The notes: generated from the letters alone by a model not told the origin. DNA of 63,919 nucleotides, filler included, from Globobulimina sp. (GCA_003354225.1; 35 parts of 35 records of this genome joined end to end with filler, not necessarily neighbours in it); one strand, 5' to 3'; shown: positions 1 to 11,697, counted from the whole stretch's first letter. Translations and numbers: made by a program.

Positions 1-4
1 CATA

Positions 5-1731
5 TTGCAAACTGATTGGACGAATTGCTTTGGTGAATTAATACGTAAATATTTATTAAAGCAGATACACGCAGACATACCATCGCAATATCTATTAAAT
101 TACCAGTTATATGGCAGGAACAATAAATTAGTATTACCGAATGGCGACCAATTCGAAGCAGAGGAAGGATTATACCAAGGCCAAGCTGGCAGCAACGGCA
201 ATTGCGGCCTTTCACAGAAACATTTCTTCCGCAAAGTTTACGCCAAAGCGCAACAATTAAAGCCCGATTTTAAGATTAAAGCAAAGGCATCGTTCGTTGA
301 CGATAACTTTTCATTAATGTCTATTCCTGACGCAAATTTATACATTGATATTATCAACGAATTGGGCCCCGATGCAGGTTATTTTTTAAACAATAAAAAA
401 AGTGTCATTACGCTGGGTTGTGCGTGGGAGGATATATCCCATCTCACATCAGATGCATTGGCGCTATTTAAACGGTGCGAAAATGGACAAAGTGAATGCC
501 TAAATATCCCCATTGGCACACAACAACACGTAAATAAATACATGGAGAAGAAATTAGAAGGGATATTAAAATCATTGATTCGCACTAAATCCTTCAACAA
601 CGCCCAATTTGCATTAAATATTTTTAAAAATTATACGAATTTATCTCAGATCGTTTATTGGTTAAGGCGTATATCGCCCAAACAATCCATTTTTATCGCA
701 AGAAAGTTTGATTTGATGCTTCGTGAACAATTTAATGATTTATGTGGTTTCAATTTAAATTATCAACAATGGCTACAGTGCACATTGTCAGTAAATAAAG
801 CTGGATTAGGTATACGTACAGCAACTGACAAAATATATGCAATTTACTTACCTGCCCTCATGGCCGCATTAGAATTAATACCACGTTTAGCGGACGAAGA
901 TGTTATAAAAGGATACGAAAAGGAGGTTGAACTCCGTATTGATCGATGTATAGCTAATTACAATGCGTCTGTTGCAGATCGGCATAAAATCAAGCAATAT
1001 GACAGAGCAATACACACAACAAAGTGGATGACGAAAAACATACAATGCAAGCAATTAAATACTATCATCCATTGCAAGACGGGCAAAAATAAAGCAGCGA
1101 TATTATCAATGATGAATAAAAATGCCGGAGCTTTTCTAAACGTTGCAATGCGAAATGGATATGGACAAATTTACACAAACTCTGAGATACGTATCATTAT
1201 TAAAAAGAGATTAAGAGTCGCAATGATTGCGCCTGATGAACAATGCCTATGTTGTTATTCGATATTAGATCAATATGGCGACCATGCCGCCGTATGTAAG
1301 CACGGCCAAGGTATCATTCTTAGACATGACCTTGTCGTGAAATCTTATTCCACACTGATGACGCAAGCAAAAATTGATCATTCGATTGAATTGAGACATC
1401 TTTTTGACGAGAAACTATTGAAACCGGCCGATATATTTATTAAAAACTGGGGACTCAACGGCGAAGAATATGCATTTGATATCGGTATCACCTCAGCTTG
1501 TTCCGAGAACAATTACTTAGCGGCAGGAAAACATTTATTAACGTCGGCGAACAAGTTTTACAATCATAAAATCAATAAATATAAGAAATATGTTAATGAT
1601 AATAACATAAATACACGACAATTGGTGTATGTCCCCATCATCATTGAAGATTTTGGCGGACATCACAAAGAATCAGTAAAATTAATTAAGCAAATTGCTG
1701 AACGACGAGCTGCGAATATGAACATTGATAT
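5..1731 (+). mobile_element. Non-LTR retrotransposon ORF (CRE/SLACS-like): reverse transcriptase + CCHC zinc knuckle + restriction-like endonuclease; partial at both ends
   Basis: Uninterrupted ORF with RT motifs GLYQGQ and FVDD, LNIPIGT, GLGIR; then C-x-C-C...DH-x3-C knuckle, RHD, KPADIF...AFDIGIT, KINKY and YVPIIIEDFG (RLE pattern). Confidence 0.85.
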
Positions 1732-1831
1732 NNNNNNNNNNNNNNNNNNNNNNNNNNNNNNNNNNNNNNNNNNNNTTAATTAATTAANNNNNNNNNNNNN
1801 NNNNNNNNNNNNNNNNNNNNNNNNNNNNNNN
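1732..1831. other. Artificial contig-joining spacer N44-TTAATTAATTAA-N44 (first of 34, every ~1.83 kb)
   Basis: Identical 100-nt spacer with stops in all frames recurs throughout; flanking contigs are size-sorted 1731 to 1727 bp. Confidence 0.99.
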
Positions 1832-2596
1832 TCCAGCATTCGATGTTGAATAATATGAAATGATGGTCATTTCAGACATGGATAATTTGTCAGTTTTTTG
1901 CCGTTCTGACTGTGTTCCTTCGGTAGAGCCTTTTTCGTCTCTTACAAACAATATTACCCAAACAAATGAGTTTAGTGCAAATAGACCACCAATAAGACAC
2001 GGCAAAAAATATGCGTATTCTTCAAATATCCAAAACTGCCAAACTGAATCAGATGGTCGATGATTACCATTGGAACCATTGGCTTCCTCCAAATCATACG
2101 ATATTACCAATAAACCACCGAGTGATGAGGAAATAATTGACCCCGCACCAAATCCAACCGCAATAATTGAAAATGAAAACCCTCGGTTTTCACGGTCAGA
2201 TATATCCGCAATCCATGCCTTTAACACACCCAAATTACCACTCATTGTACCTGCCACACAGCGAGCAATGAGGGCCATGGCATAAGAAGTGCTCATACCA
2301 AATACAATCAAAGCAGCACTGCTACAAAGTATACCAATCAACAGTGCACTCCTTCGGCCATACACATCACTGTACCAACCCCACAAAACTGAGCTAAAGA
2401 ATTGACAAAACATGAAGCTGGCTGTCAACAAACCAGTATAAAATCCAATATTTTCTTCAGCAATTCCAAAATCCCGTATCATAAACACAACAAATGGCAT
2501 TATCACATGGATTTGATATGATTCGCCGGCTTGGACAAAGAATACTGCCAACAATTTCCAATTCGTCACAGTTGATTGCTTCTTTTGTGGCAGCAT
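1832..2596 (-). CDS. MFS transporter (ZIFL/TetA-like), N-terminal half, 3' truncated
   Basis: Motif A WGWYSDVYGRR, ARCVAG, six TM helices, IADISDRENRG. Confidence 0.88.
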
Positions 2597-2847
2597 CAGT
2601 GCTATGGTAATATTATGGTATGAAAAAAAACACTGTCTCAGTGTCTCTTAGTAGTAACTAGTAACCTTAACGATGAGTTAACAGCAAAAGTAGAAATCCG
2701 ACCAAAAACACAAGTGAATATCATATAATAATTATCACCATTTCCCAACAAAATGTCTAGACTGCATAGGCAAGAGACAATTAAGAGGAAAACAACAATG
2801 TACAGACAAACGCCTTATTTTTTATATTAATACGTATAAGTCTATTA

Positions 2848-3561
2848 TCACACAATATTATTTTCTTCCGCTTCTCTGTCCTCCCATGGAATGGCCATAC
2901 CCTTATCAATAAACATTAATGTTGAAAGTGTTGTGCCCGTACTAAATAACAATAGAAAGATGTATGCCGGAAAAGGACTAAATTTGTTATCCAAAGACAT
3001 CGCCCACGTCCATATTCCACCGCCAATTAAAGGTCCGACACTTCGCATAAGTGAGGCTAATGCCTGTCCAATACCATTGACTCTCCCACAGTGTGATGGC
3101 GGTGTACTGTTATTTAAATAGGTCATCGTTGTCACAAATAATAGCGATGTTGCTACAAATTTAAAACAATGGAAAAAAGTCGATAACGTCATCAATAAAT
3201 AAAAATTATACGGTTCGCTATTTTTGAATAAACTGATTGCTGGCATTCCTAATGTAAGAATTGAACACAAAATTGATGCTGTTAATGTCAATGATTTATA
3301 CGGATAATTGTTTAAAAAATATGGTTGGAGCAAAAATGTAAACAATAATAAGGTCGCACCGCCGAGAGCCATCATAACGCCAATTTCTGTTGTATTGAAT
3401 TCTAAACTCTGTGCTGCATAAATTGGTGCCAATAAATTCCATAACATTGTAAACTGACAATACGCATAAAAAAACATCACAGACTAAATAATAAATAGAT
3501 GTTACACAGTACACATACCATTGAATACGCCATCAAAACAATCAGTGTTCCGACCATTTTT
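2848..3561 (-). CDS. MFS transporter, C-terminal half, 5' truncated; 35-nt intron 3484-3518
   Basis: GRVNGIGQALASLMRSVGPLIGG motif; GTATGT...TTTAG intron restores the frame KMVGTLIVLMAYSM|SVMFF. Confidence 0.82.
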
Positions 3562-4052
3562 NNNNNNNNNNNNNNNNNNNNNNNNNNNNNNNNNNNNNNN
3601 NNNNNTTAATTAATTAANNNNNNNNNNNNNNNNNNNNNNNNNNNNNNNNNNNNNNNNNNNNGGAAATGGATGAATTTGGGCAAGGTTGGAAACGACGATA
3701 ACACCTTCTCGATTTTGCTAAATATGCAAATTAATTCAGACACATATGAGTTCGGATCGGTTTTTAGCGTTTTCATGTTCAAATGAACCAACAAAGTGGG
3801 CACATTCCGATACATATACTTCTTAAATTCAGTGACAACATTTTCAAATCATTGTGCTGTCACCATAATAATATTACTAACTGGATGTGACACAGGATTT
3901 GGCAATTTAACAGCAAAACAGTGAGATAAGTTGGGATGCATTGTATTTCCAACATGTTTAAGCATGGACTGCAGAGAAATTGAATAAAGAAGAAACCTCA
4001 TCACCTATATCGTGTGAAAAACTGTGTTTGCTTCAAAAACTCATTTTTAACC

Positions 4053-5113
4053 ATGCAGACTCCCAGAATCTTGTGTATAAAATCACTCACATCAGAAACA
4101 GCACTACTTCGCATCCAATCATCAACCATAACATCTAGAACCCATGTAAAAGATTACAGTCCTCGGCCATCTCGAGCCTTACCCAAACGGCCATTCATTC
4201 CACCAAGGAAAAAAGACGCATATTTAACACACCCAACGCCTGTCATTGATGCATTTGAAACCTCCTTCCAACCGATAAAAGAATTTGCACCAATCCAAGA
4301 ATTTTATGACAACGCGGAAAACGCGCAAGTTACAGAAACAGCGGAAACCAGCGAAGACAAAACGTTTCGCAATATTTGGCCCTATAAAAAATGGTTATGG
4401 CGTAGCGATAAAAACTTTGAAGGCAAATCGTTTGATCCTAAACAAACTTTGGAGCATTTTATTGACGATGAAGATAATAACGTTGGCAGAGCATGGTATA
4501 TCACTGAATTACGATATAAAGTTAGCTCATTTTTATTGCCATGTTTTTATGGAAATTTCAACCATTCAAAAAACAAAAAATATAAAAACCCACACAGTCA
4601 AATGAAGATTTATGGAGATTGTGGTATGTGTTGCTACGCGAAAAGAATATGCTAAATTCCATGAGATTTGCTTGCCGCGCGGCAAAACGACAAATGCCAA
4701 ATTGGGGCCGTTTGAAGAAAGTCAACAAATCAATGGTACGGCTACAATATGTTTGGACGGAACGCGCAAACTTAAAATTGGCAAATTTGCAGCAAGAACA
4801 AAGTAATAAACAGGAGAAGGCAAGAAATGATGCGATTGAATATAGGCGGACTAAGTTATTGGATCGGAGGGAAAGAATAAAAGCGATATTTTTCCAACAT
4901 GTGGATGAATTAAGTAAAGAAGGCGAAAATGTGGAGCATTTATTTCCGAAAATTAATATGAAACGGAGACGTTTGAGAGGGAAACGACATTATATCGTGG
5001 ATGAATACATGAAGGCCAAACCTGTGTTGACTTCTTCTCAGCCAACTATGATTCCATCTGATTTGCTTCAAATAATACAAGAGGGCATGGCACGAATCAC
5101 TTCAGCCCAATAA
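4053..5113 (+). CDS. MRPL47: Mitochondrial ribosomal protein L47 (uL29m); intron 4521-4597
   Basis: Spliced GRAWYITELRYK|SNEDLWRLWYVLLREKNML is the uL29m signature; basic Ser/Thr/Arg-rich N-terminus resembles a transit peptide. Confidence 0.9.
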
Positions 5114-5491
5114 AAAAAAACTTTGAGTTCGAGGAATTTAAATATTATTTTCTGATGTCTTCAAATGGCTATGTTTTGGTTTTAAAATGTCTGAAAAACT
5201 AAAATATAAAATTATTGAAAAAACAAATATAAATACTACAATACTATAAATCAAACATAATTAGCAGTTAAAAAAAAAAATTAGTATTACGAAAAAAAAA
5301 TATATACTTTCAAATCAAATCAAATCAAATCAAATAATCTTATTCGAATTCCTCTTATTCAACCAACACGACACCAATGCAACTGATACGANNNNNNNNN
5401 NNNNNNNNNNNNNNNNNNNNNNNNNNNNNNNNNNNTTAATTAATTAANNNNNNNNNNNNNNNNNNNNNNNNNNNNNNNNNNNNNNNNNNNN

Positions 5492-6961
5492 GAAAATGGC
5501 GAAAGTATAGAATGGTGGGGGAATGATCTATTTTTTGACAACGGGATTGATATAATGGGAGATCCCAATGCAAAAAAGAGTGTATTTTATAACATTCAAG
5601 ATACAGAATTCGATTATAATTTGACAGTAAATGCACATTTGCGCTCTTGTCAAATGTTCGAATTTGAAGCTTTACATGGTTCGATTGGCTGTTCTTTGTT
5701 GGGTGGTTTTTTACCAATAATACCCGGACAATGTGGATTTTTCCGGGCCAAACATTTGTTGGTGAACGAAGTGCGAGGTTGGTATTTTAAAAAAATAAAG
5801 CAAACGAATGACCCAAATAACATGGATTTGGTGTTGGGGAATATGAAATTAGCTGAATATAGAATGTTGACCACATCTTCCATATTAAACAGCGAGTTGC
5901 CAGTTCGACATTCATTAGTACCGGAATGTATATTTTATTTTGCTCCGCAACCCGATTTAACGCAATTCATGAAACAGAGGAGGCGTTGGTTGAACGGCAG
6001 TATCGCCACAACCATCTTTGTATTGCGCAAGATATCCTTTTCGCGATGGAAAGTGAATATATTCCGACGACATTTTGTTTTATCATTGTGGTATATGCAG
6101 TTTTTTATGTATCTCGTATTGGCGGCATCGCCCGCATTAATTTTCACCATCTCATTTGTATATGGTTTAGTTACAATATTGGATAAGATATTAGTGGATA
6201 ACGGTGATGGTGCAAAAATAAAAAAGATGAACACCGTAACAACTGTATTTATGATGATGTCATGGAGTATGTTTCTGTTATTTGTTTTTTTTGCGCAGAG
6301 AAAGGACAATTTGAGTTATAGGAAACTCAAAATAAATAAACAAACAATCGTACGAGGAACGTTATTGATGTCGTCCGCGTTTGGTATGTTGACCTTGATT
6401 GGTACGCTTATGCCGCTGGCAAACGGCATAAGAGGGCAAGAATCTGGTTATAGGACTTTTCATTTTGCCGTTATTTTGATTCAAGTGCTATTTTTTCTGC
6501 AGTCATTCGTCTTGGCACCGTTAATTAGTCGAGATTTTAAAACATTGACTATTTTATTAAGGACAGGCTTTCAGTATTATTTATATGCTCCGTTTTATTG
6601 TTCATTTGTATTTATCAATGCTTTGGCAAATGTACATGATTTGAGTTGGGGCATTCGATCGCGAGCAGATAATAAAGAGAATAAAGATGAAAATAAAGCA
6701 ATTGTTGAGGATTATTCGAAAATTACTACATTTAAACTATTATTCGTGGTAATTGTTATGAATATCGTGGTTGCGTTTGCTGTGCGGCCATTCACTGAAT
6801 ATCGCTATACGAATATAATGTTCTTTGCAGCATTGGTTACGCCATTGTTATATCAGGTATTTTTTTCATTAATATGGTTAACAAAAACAACATTAGTGTT
6901 GAATTTGTGGAGTTTATGCAAACCAAAAAAAATGAATCAGGAAATTCAATATCTTGGTTAA
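5492..6961 (+). CDS. Chitin synthase-like GT2, C-terminal catalytic + TM region, 5' truncated
   Basis: QMFEF, IIPGQCGFFR, NMKLAEYR, QRRRWLNG, ANVHDLSWG and multiple TM helices; frame open from the contig start. Confidence 0.88.
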   Translation, partial: ENGESIEWWGNDLFFDNGIDIMGDPNAKKSVFYNIQDTEFDYNLTVNAHLRSCQMFEFEALHGSIGCSLLGGFLPIIPGQCGFFRAKHLLVNEVRGWYFKKIKQTNDPNNMDLVLGNMKLAEYRMLTTSSILNSELPVRHSLVPECIFYFAPQPDLTQFMKQRRRWLNGSIATTIFVLRKISFSRWKVNIFRRHFVLSLWYMQFFMYLVLAASPALIFTISFVYGLVTILDKILVDNGDGAKIKKMNTVTTVFMMMSWSMFLLFVFFAQRKDNLSYRKLKINKQTIVRGTLLMSSAFGMLTLIGTLMPLANGIRGQESGYRTFHFAVILIQVLFFLQSFVLAPLISRDFKTLTILLRTGFQYYLYAPFYCSFVFINALANVHDLSWGIRSRADNKENKDENKAIVEDYSKITTFKLLFVVIVMNIVVAFAVRPFTEYRYTNIMFFAALVTPLLYQVFFSLIWLTKTTLVLNLWSLCKPKKMNQEIQYLG

Positions 6962-7402
6962 AATGAGTCCAGGATGTCATTTATAAAAACGTTTCTTTCC
7001 TTATTTTGCTTAATTTATTCTATCGCGTTATAACTTTAATTTTATTGTTTTTATTTTTATTTTGAAAAAAAGACAGTAATAAATGGTTTGTTTGAGTTAA
7101 ATTGCAGTTTTTTTTTATTAACTTTATTTATGTTAGATTTAAATTGTTAGATTTTGTGTGTTTATATATTTATATTTATATTTTTGTTGGGAACGTAAGA
7201 GAAATATTCGGTATACATGGGNNNNNNNNNNNNNNNNNNNNNNNNNNNNNNNNNNNNNNNNNNNNTTAATTAATTAANNNNNNNNNNNNNNNNNNNNNNN
7301 NNNNNNNNNNNNNNNNNNNNNTATATCTAGACATTGTTATTTTTTGATTAGAATTTAAAAAAAAAACTTTTTGTTGATAAATCAGAACTGTTTATCCTAT
7401 TA

Positions 7403-8786
7403 ATGGGTAATGTTAAAAGTCTAAATGAAGATGGTGATAATCAAAAAATAACAATGGAATTAAAAAATGAAGAATTAAAAAAAATGCCTCCACCCTCTGG
7501 AATGACATTTATTAATACCAAAAATGTATCATCAACTCCAAGCACATTAATTATAACTCCAGACAAGCAATTACCACCATATACACCATGGACTGTTAAT
7601 AAAATTACTCAAAGAATAGTATCTGATCGAATTATTGAACTAGCTGCAGATTTCTGGTGCAAAAATATCGATATACTATCAATGAAAGACCGTTTAGTTA
7701 AGTCAACGAATTTTATTTATGATAAATGGTCCCTCCAAGAAGCGTTTGTATATGTTTTCGAGAGGATATTTATGAAACGGAGTGGTTTTAGAGGGACCAT
7801 TTATGAAAAGGGTCCCTATAAAACCAATCTGTTTTCAAATCAAATCACTTATAGTATACACTCTGTAGTCTGTACCTCCAACGAGCTCGAGGGTCGTTTA
7901 TATATAAATCCGTTACGAATCCAATATTTCCTTTTTACAGAACTTAGGATGTTCCATATTTTTCTTAACAAGCGAAGAAACTCAGAAAATATTAACAAAA
8001 AAATGTAAAACATCTGCAAAATTGGAATCTGTAAGTTTAAAATTCCTGGATATGATTGGATACGTTGTACGTTCTGCTACAGTCGGCGAAGGCAATTCGA
8101 ATTTATTGTGGCGATTAGGACAATTGCATGAAGCAATGGGTGTAACCATTGCATGTTATGCTGCAGTGTTAAAACAAATGCATAATGTATTTCAATTTTA
8201 TTTTCCAATGCAATATACCGAAGAAGTAAAATTTGCATTTGATGAAATGTTCACATTTGTTACTATGCAAATGACTGGAAAAGATTTACAAATATTGCAT
8301 CCACCACAAAACGCAATATTTTTACATTCAATCAGAGCGTGCATTAAATCTACTGTAGGCAGACAATATTTATTTCGATATTTCCATCAAACATATTGTG
8401 ATGAAATGGTAATGTTTCTTAAATTGGTAACAATGTTTAAGGCAGAAACAGATGCGAATCGTTTCTTGATTGCTAAAGAGATTCAGAGGATTTGTATTGA
8501 CGCCGAAGGTGTGTTTGCAATAAATATTAGTTATGAATGTAGACAACAGGTATTTTTTGTTGTTGTTTTGTTTTCTGTAATGTCTACAAGTTTGTGTATG
8601 TACATGCAGATCACTCGAAATATTGATAAATATGAAAAAGAATATGTTGATAACTCTCATGCAAATCATAGAATGGAACAGGATTTTTTTATTGATGCAG
8701 AAGATGAAATTTGTAGATTAATCCGACAAAATCATTGGAGAAGATTTAAACAAGTTATCCATGATTTATTTAGCAAAGAATCCTAA
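7403..8786 (+). CDS. Globin-RGS fusion protein (exons 7403-7696, 7941-8549, 8610-8786; 359 aa)
   Basis: GT-AG introns join in frame. Globin: FW(A12)...LGCSIFF...SLKFLDMIGYVV...LGQLHEAMGV (F8 His)...YTEEVKFAF. RGS: GRQYLFRYFHQTYCDEMVMFL, AKEIQRICI, AINISYECR, FFIDAEDEICRLIRQNHWRRFK. Confidence 0.82.
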
Positions 8787-9151
8787 TAAATATTAAACAA
8801 TATATCGCAGTGTCCATTGTTGACACTTTATTTTTATGTCAATTTCATAAATTCAATCGCATTTTCCCTCCCATTCGCAATTTCATACACTCTCCACATC
8901 GCATTTTTTTGTTAGATTTATCGTGTTATAATTTATAAAGTTCCTGTTGTGCCTAATTTCTTTTTTTAATTGTACCGTCACAAAACTCACAAAACTCACT
9001 TTTCTTCCAAAGACCAACTACCTTCGAGTGCCTCATGTCAGACTCAGCTATNNNNNNNNNNNNNNNNNNNNNNNNNNNNNNNNNNNNNNNNNNNNTTAAT
9101 TAATTAANNNNNNNNNNNNNNNNNNNNNNNNNNNNNNNNNNNNNNNNNNNN

Positions 9152-10230
9152 TGTTGTTGATAAATAAGATGTATGCCATTGTCTGTAATTTGAGATTGAA
9201 TTTGGGTCCAATCCAATTGAGGAGTATAGGTCACTGAGTTTACTGTTTTGCCACTTAAACGATAGAAATATAATGATTCTGCGCGTGGGAATTGATTAAT
9301 ATCTGTTGCTTTTCCAATGGTATATATGACAGCATCACCATCCATAATATCATTAAATACCACACCAAACCAATTATTATCATAGGCATTGTATGTAACA
9401 TCGAGTGTGACTATGTTCAATGGACAGTTTATAGTTAAAATAAGGCGTAAATGCGTTGTATTGCTTGTAGATTGAAATACATTGCATTCGACAGTTGGCG
9501 ACATTGTTGGAGTTTGTGTTGGTACCAATTCAAATGTGGCTGTTGCTAAATATTATAATTAGCATAAAATAAAATGATTTAATTACATTTTCCAGTTTGA
9601 AAGTGAAAAAAAAATATGATATTAACTGAAATTTCTATCGTCAGAATTTGATTGATGTCGCAAACTGTTTTTATATGTCGGATTTCTGTTATGTATGGCG
9701 GCCGTAACTATGATTTGATAGTTATTTATGATTTGCGTATTGAGGAAAGTAAATGTTCCATTAATAGGACGCGTGGCAATTACTTCCCTCATATCACCAT
9801 TGGTTACATCTGACAGAATGGTGAGCTCTTTGAATGGATACAAGACCCCTTCGGTTTGGGGTGGATCGAGTGGAGTATTGTCAATATCATCATATCCCAA
9901 CGTGTATTCAGAGACTGATGGTGTATTATCAACATCATAGTCAAGAATAATGGCATATGAATTATTGTGATACGTCGCTCCATGATATGGTAAATAGTCA
10001 AAACCAAAGCCAGTCCATACAAAATTACTTGTTGCTGTCTGTGGGGCGTGGCGAATCATATGCAATTCAACAGAATTAGTTTCATTGTTTATGGTGATGG
10101 TAATGGATGCATTATGTACTTCAGTCCCTGGCGCTGTTATATCTGGATTAATTATATCAACTTTGCCTGTTGAAAATATTGCTGCTTTGGTTAATACGAT
10201 GATGAATGAAATAAGCAACAGAGACGACAT
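9152..10230 (-). CDS. Secreted protein with tandem DOMON-like domains; intron 9546-9626; 3' truncated
   Basis: Signal peptide MSSLLLISFIIVLTKA; WTGFGF and WFGVVF strands, EVIATRPI; PTQTPTMSPT linker; intron restores the frame. Confidence 0.6.
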
Positions 10231-10290
10231 GATTTTGCGACTTAATTGAGAAAACTATAACAAATATTCAAAAACTTGACAGTCAGCACT

Positions 10291-10881
10291 ATGACACTCC
10301 CACTCGCAGCAACACCAGAAACAGAAGCCAGTCATGAAACTTATCGAACAGTGTCAATCATGACATTCAATATCCAAGCATTTGAGAGTACTGATGATAA
10401 AGTCGAACCAATACAGGCATTTATGTTACACGCATATTCGGATATTGTGTTGATTCAAGAAATGGTGACAGATGGTGCAGGCGGACCACAGTTTAAAGAT
10501 TTTCACGTCAAAGGCAAAGGATATAAACATGTCGTCACCTGCCAAGCATCAAAACATCCTAGTTTAGGAAACAGTATTTTTATGTCAGAGGCCTATGCCG
10601 CGAGATTAAAAGCTGATGGTCTCAACGATAAACCTTTATCCTTTAAAGCAATTGATGTCACCGGAGGATGTCCCGTGGTGCGATGTGCAGCTTATGCCGT
10701 GTTTGGCGATGGAATCAGTGTTGTTTCCATACATTTTTGTGGCGGTCGTTTTGATGATAAGAAGTTGTATGAAGCAGCAGGCTGGAGTAAAGAGGCATAC
10801 AGAAAAATTATGTATTCTACAAGAAAAGCACTGGAAATTTTACATGGCAAAGTCAAACCATTTGTAATCGGGGGTGATTTT
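10291..10881 (+). CDS. Endonuclease/exonuclease/phosphatase (EEP) family protein, 3' truncated
   Basis: IMTFNIQ, DIVLIQE, GNSIF, SIHF and VIGGDF motifs. Confidence 0.8.
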
Positions 10882-11078
10882 NNNNNNNNNNNNNNNNNNN
10901 NNNNNNNNNNNNNNNNNNNNNNNNNTTAATTAATTAANNNNNNNNNNNNNNNNNNNNNNNNNNNNNNNNNNNNNNNNNNNNTAAGAATCATGCACCACAA
11001 CGAAATGAATTGAATTGATAACAATCGCAGGAACTGAGTCTGACTGCAATCCAATACTGAATTGGATTTACAGTCAAT

Positions 11079-11393
11079 TTATCCTCATCCACCACCAGTT
11101 CCACCTCGATGTGTTACAGATTTTACGTTTTTGACACTTTTAACATTTCCTAATGGTCGTCCTCTCATTATGTTTTGCTTTCTTTTTTGTTGTTGTTGTT
11201 GCCACGGATTTGGCATACTTCCTGTTTTACGCGTTTGTTCTTCAATGGCTTTCTTTTCCGCTTCTGGATTTATGAGTGTCTTAAAGAATAATGCCACGAC
11301 ATTGATAACTGACCATCCAGTATTTGTAACACGTTGTGGTGCTGATACCGCTGTATCACCATCCACTAATTGGCCATTCACTATTCTTGGCAT
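11079..11393 (-). CDS. SELENOK: Selenoprotein K (SelK/SelG family), Sec at TGA 11085-11087
   Basis: MPRIVNGQLVD N-terminus, WSVINVVALFFKTLI hydrophobic segment, Gly/basic tail ending GGA ACT GGT GGT GGA TGA GGA TAA (GGG-U-G-stop). Confidence 0.88.
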
Positions 11394-11697
11394 GATCGCA
11401 AACCTTAATTCAAAACTGAAAGCAAGATGCAAGGATGGTGTGTTTTTATACTACTAAGAATAGAAACAAAACTTATAATAGTGACGGATGTTATAATTTG
11501 CAGCTGGCGCGATTTTTTTTATAACATTTCTGAGAAAATGACGAATTTAAAGTTGATAAAGAATAGATAAAGGTCGTTATTTTCACTTTAAACTGCTCTA
11601 AAACAAGTGAAATGAATCAATGTTGCTCTTCAAAATGCAGTTTTGGGCGCAGTTTTTACGGCACAGAAAATAAACCACGACACTGAATCCTCTAACC

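Noticed and set aside
7697-8008. C-terminal 100 aa of the 201-aa ORF 7403-8008
   Set aside because: Read-through into a 244-nt intron and an off-frame exon; the spliced frame gives a coherent globin.
1-10881. RT (contig 1) plus EEP nuclease (contig 6) as one retroelement or retron-like system
   Set aside because: They lie on different unlinked contigs, and the RT ORF already has its own RLE nuclease.
11062-11457. Plus-strand ORF with a poly-Cys run
   Set aside because: Antisense shadow of the SelK poly-Gln codons.
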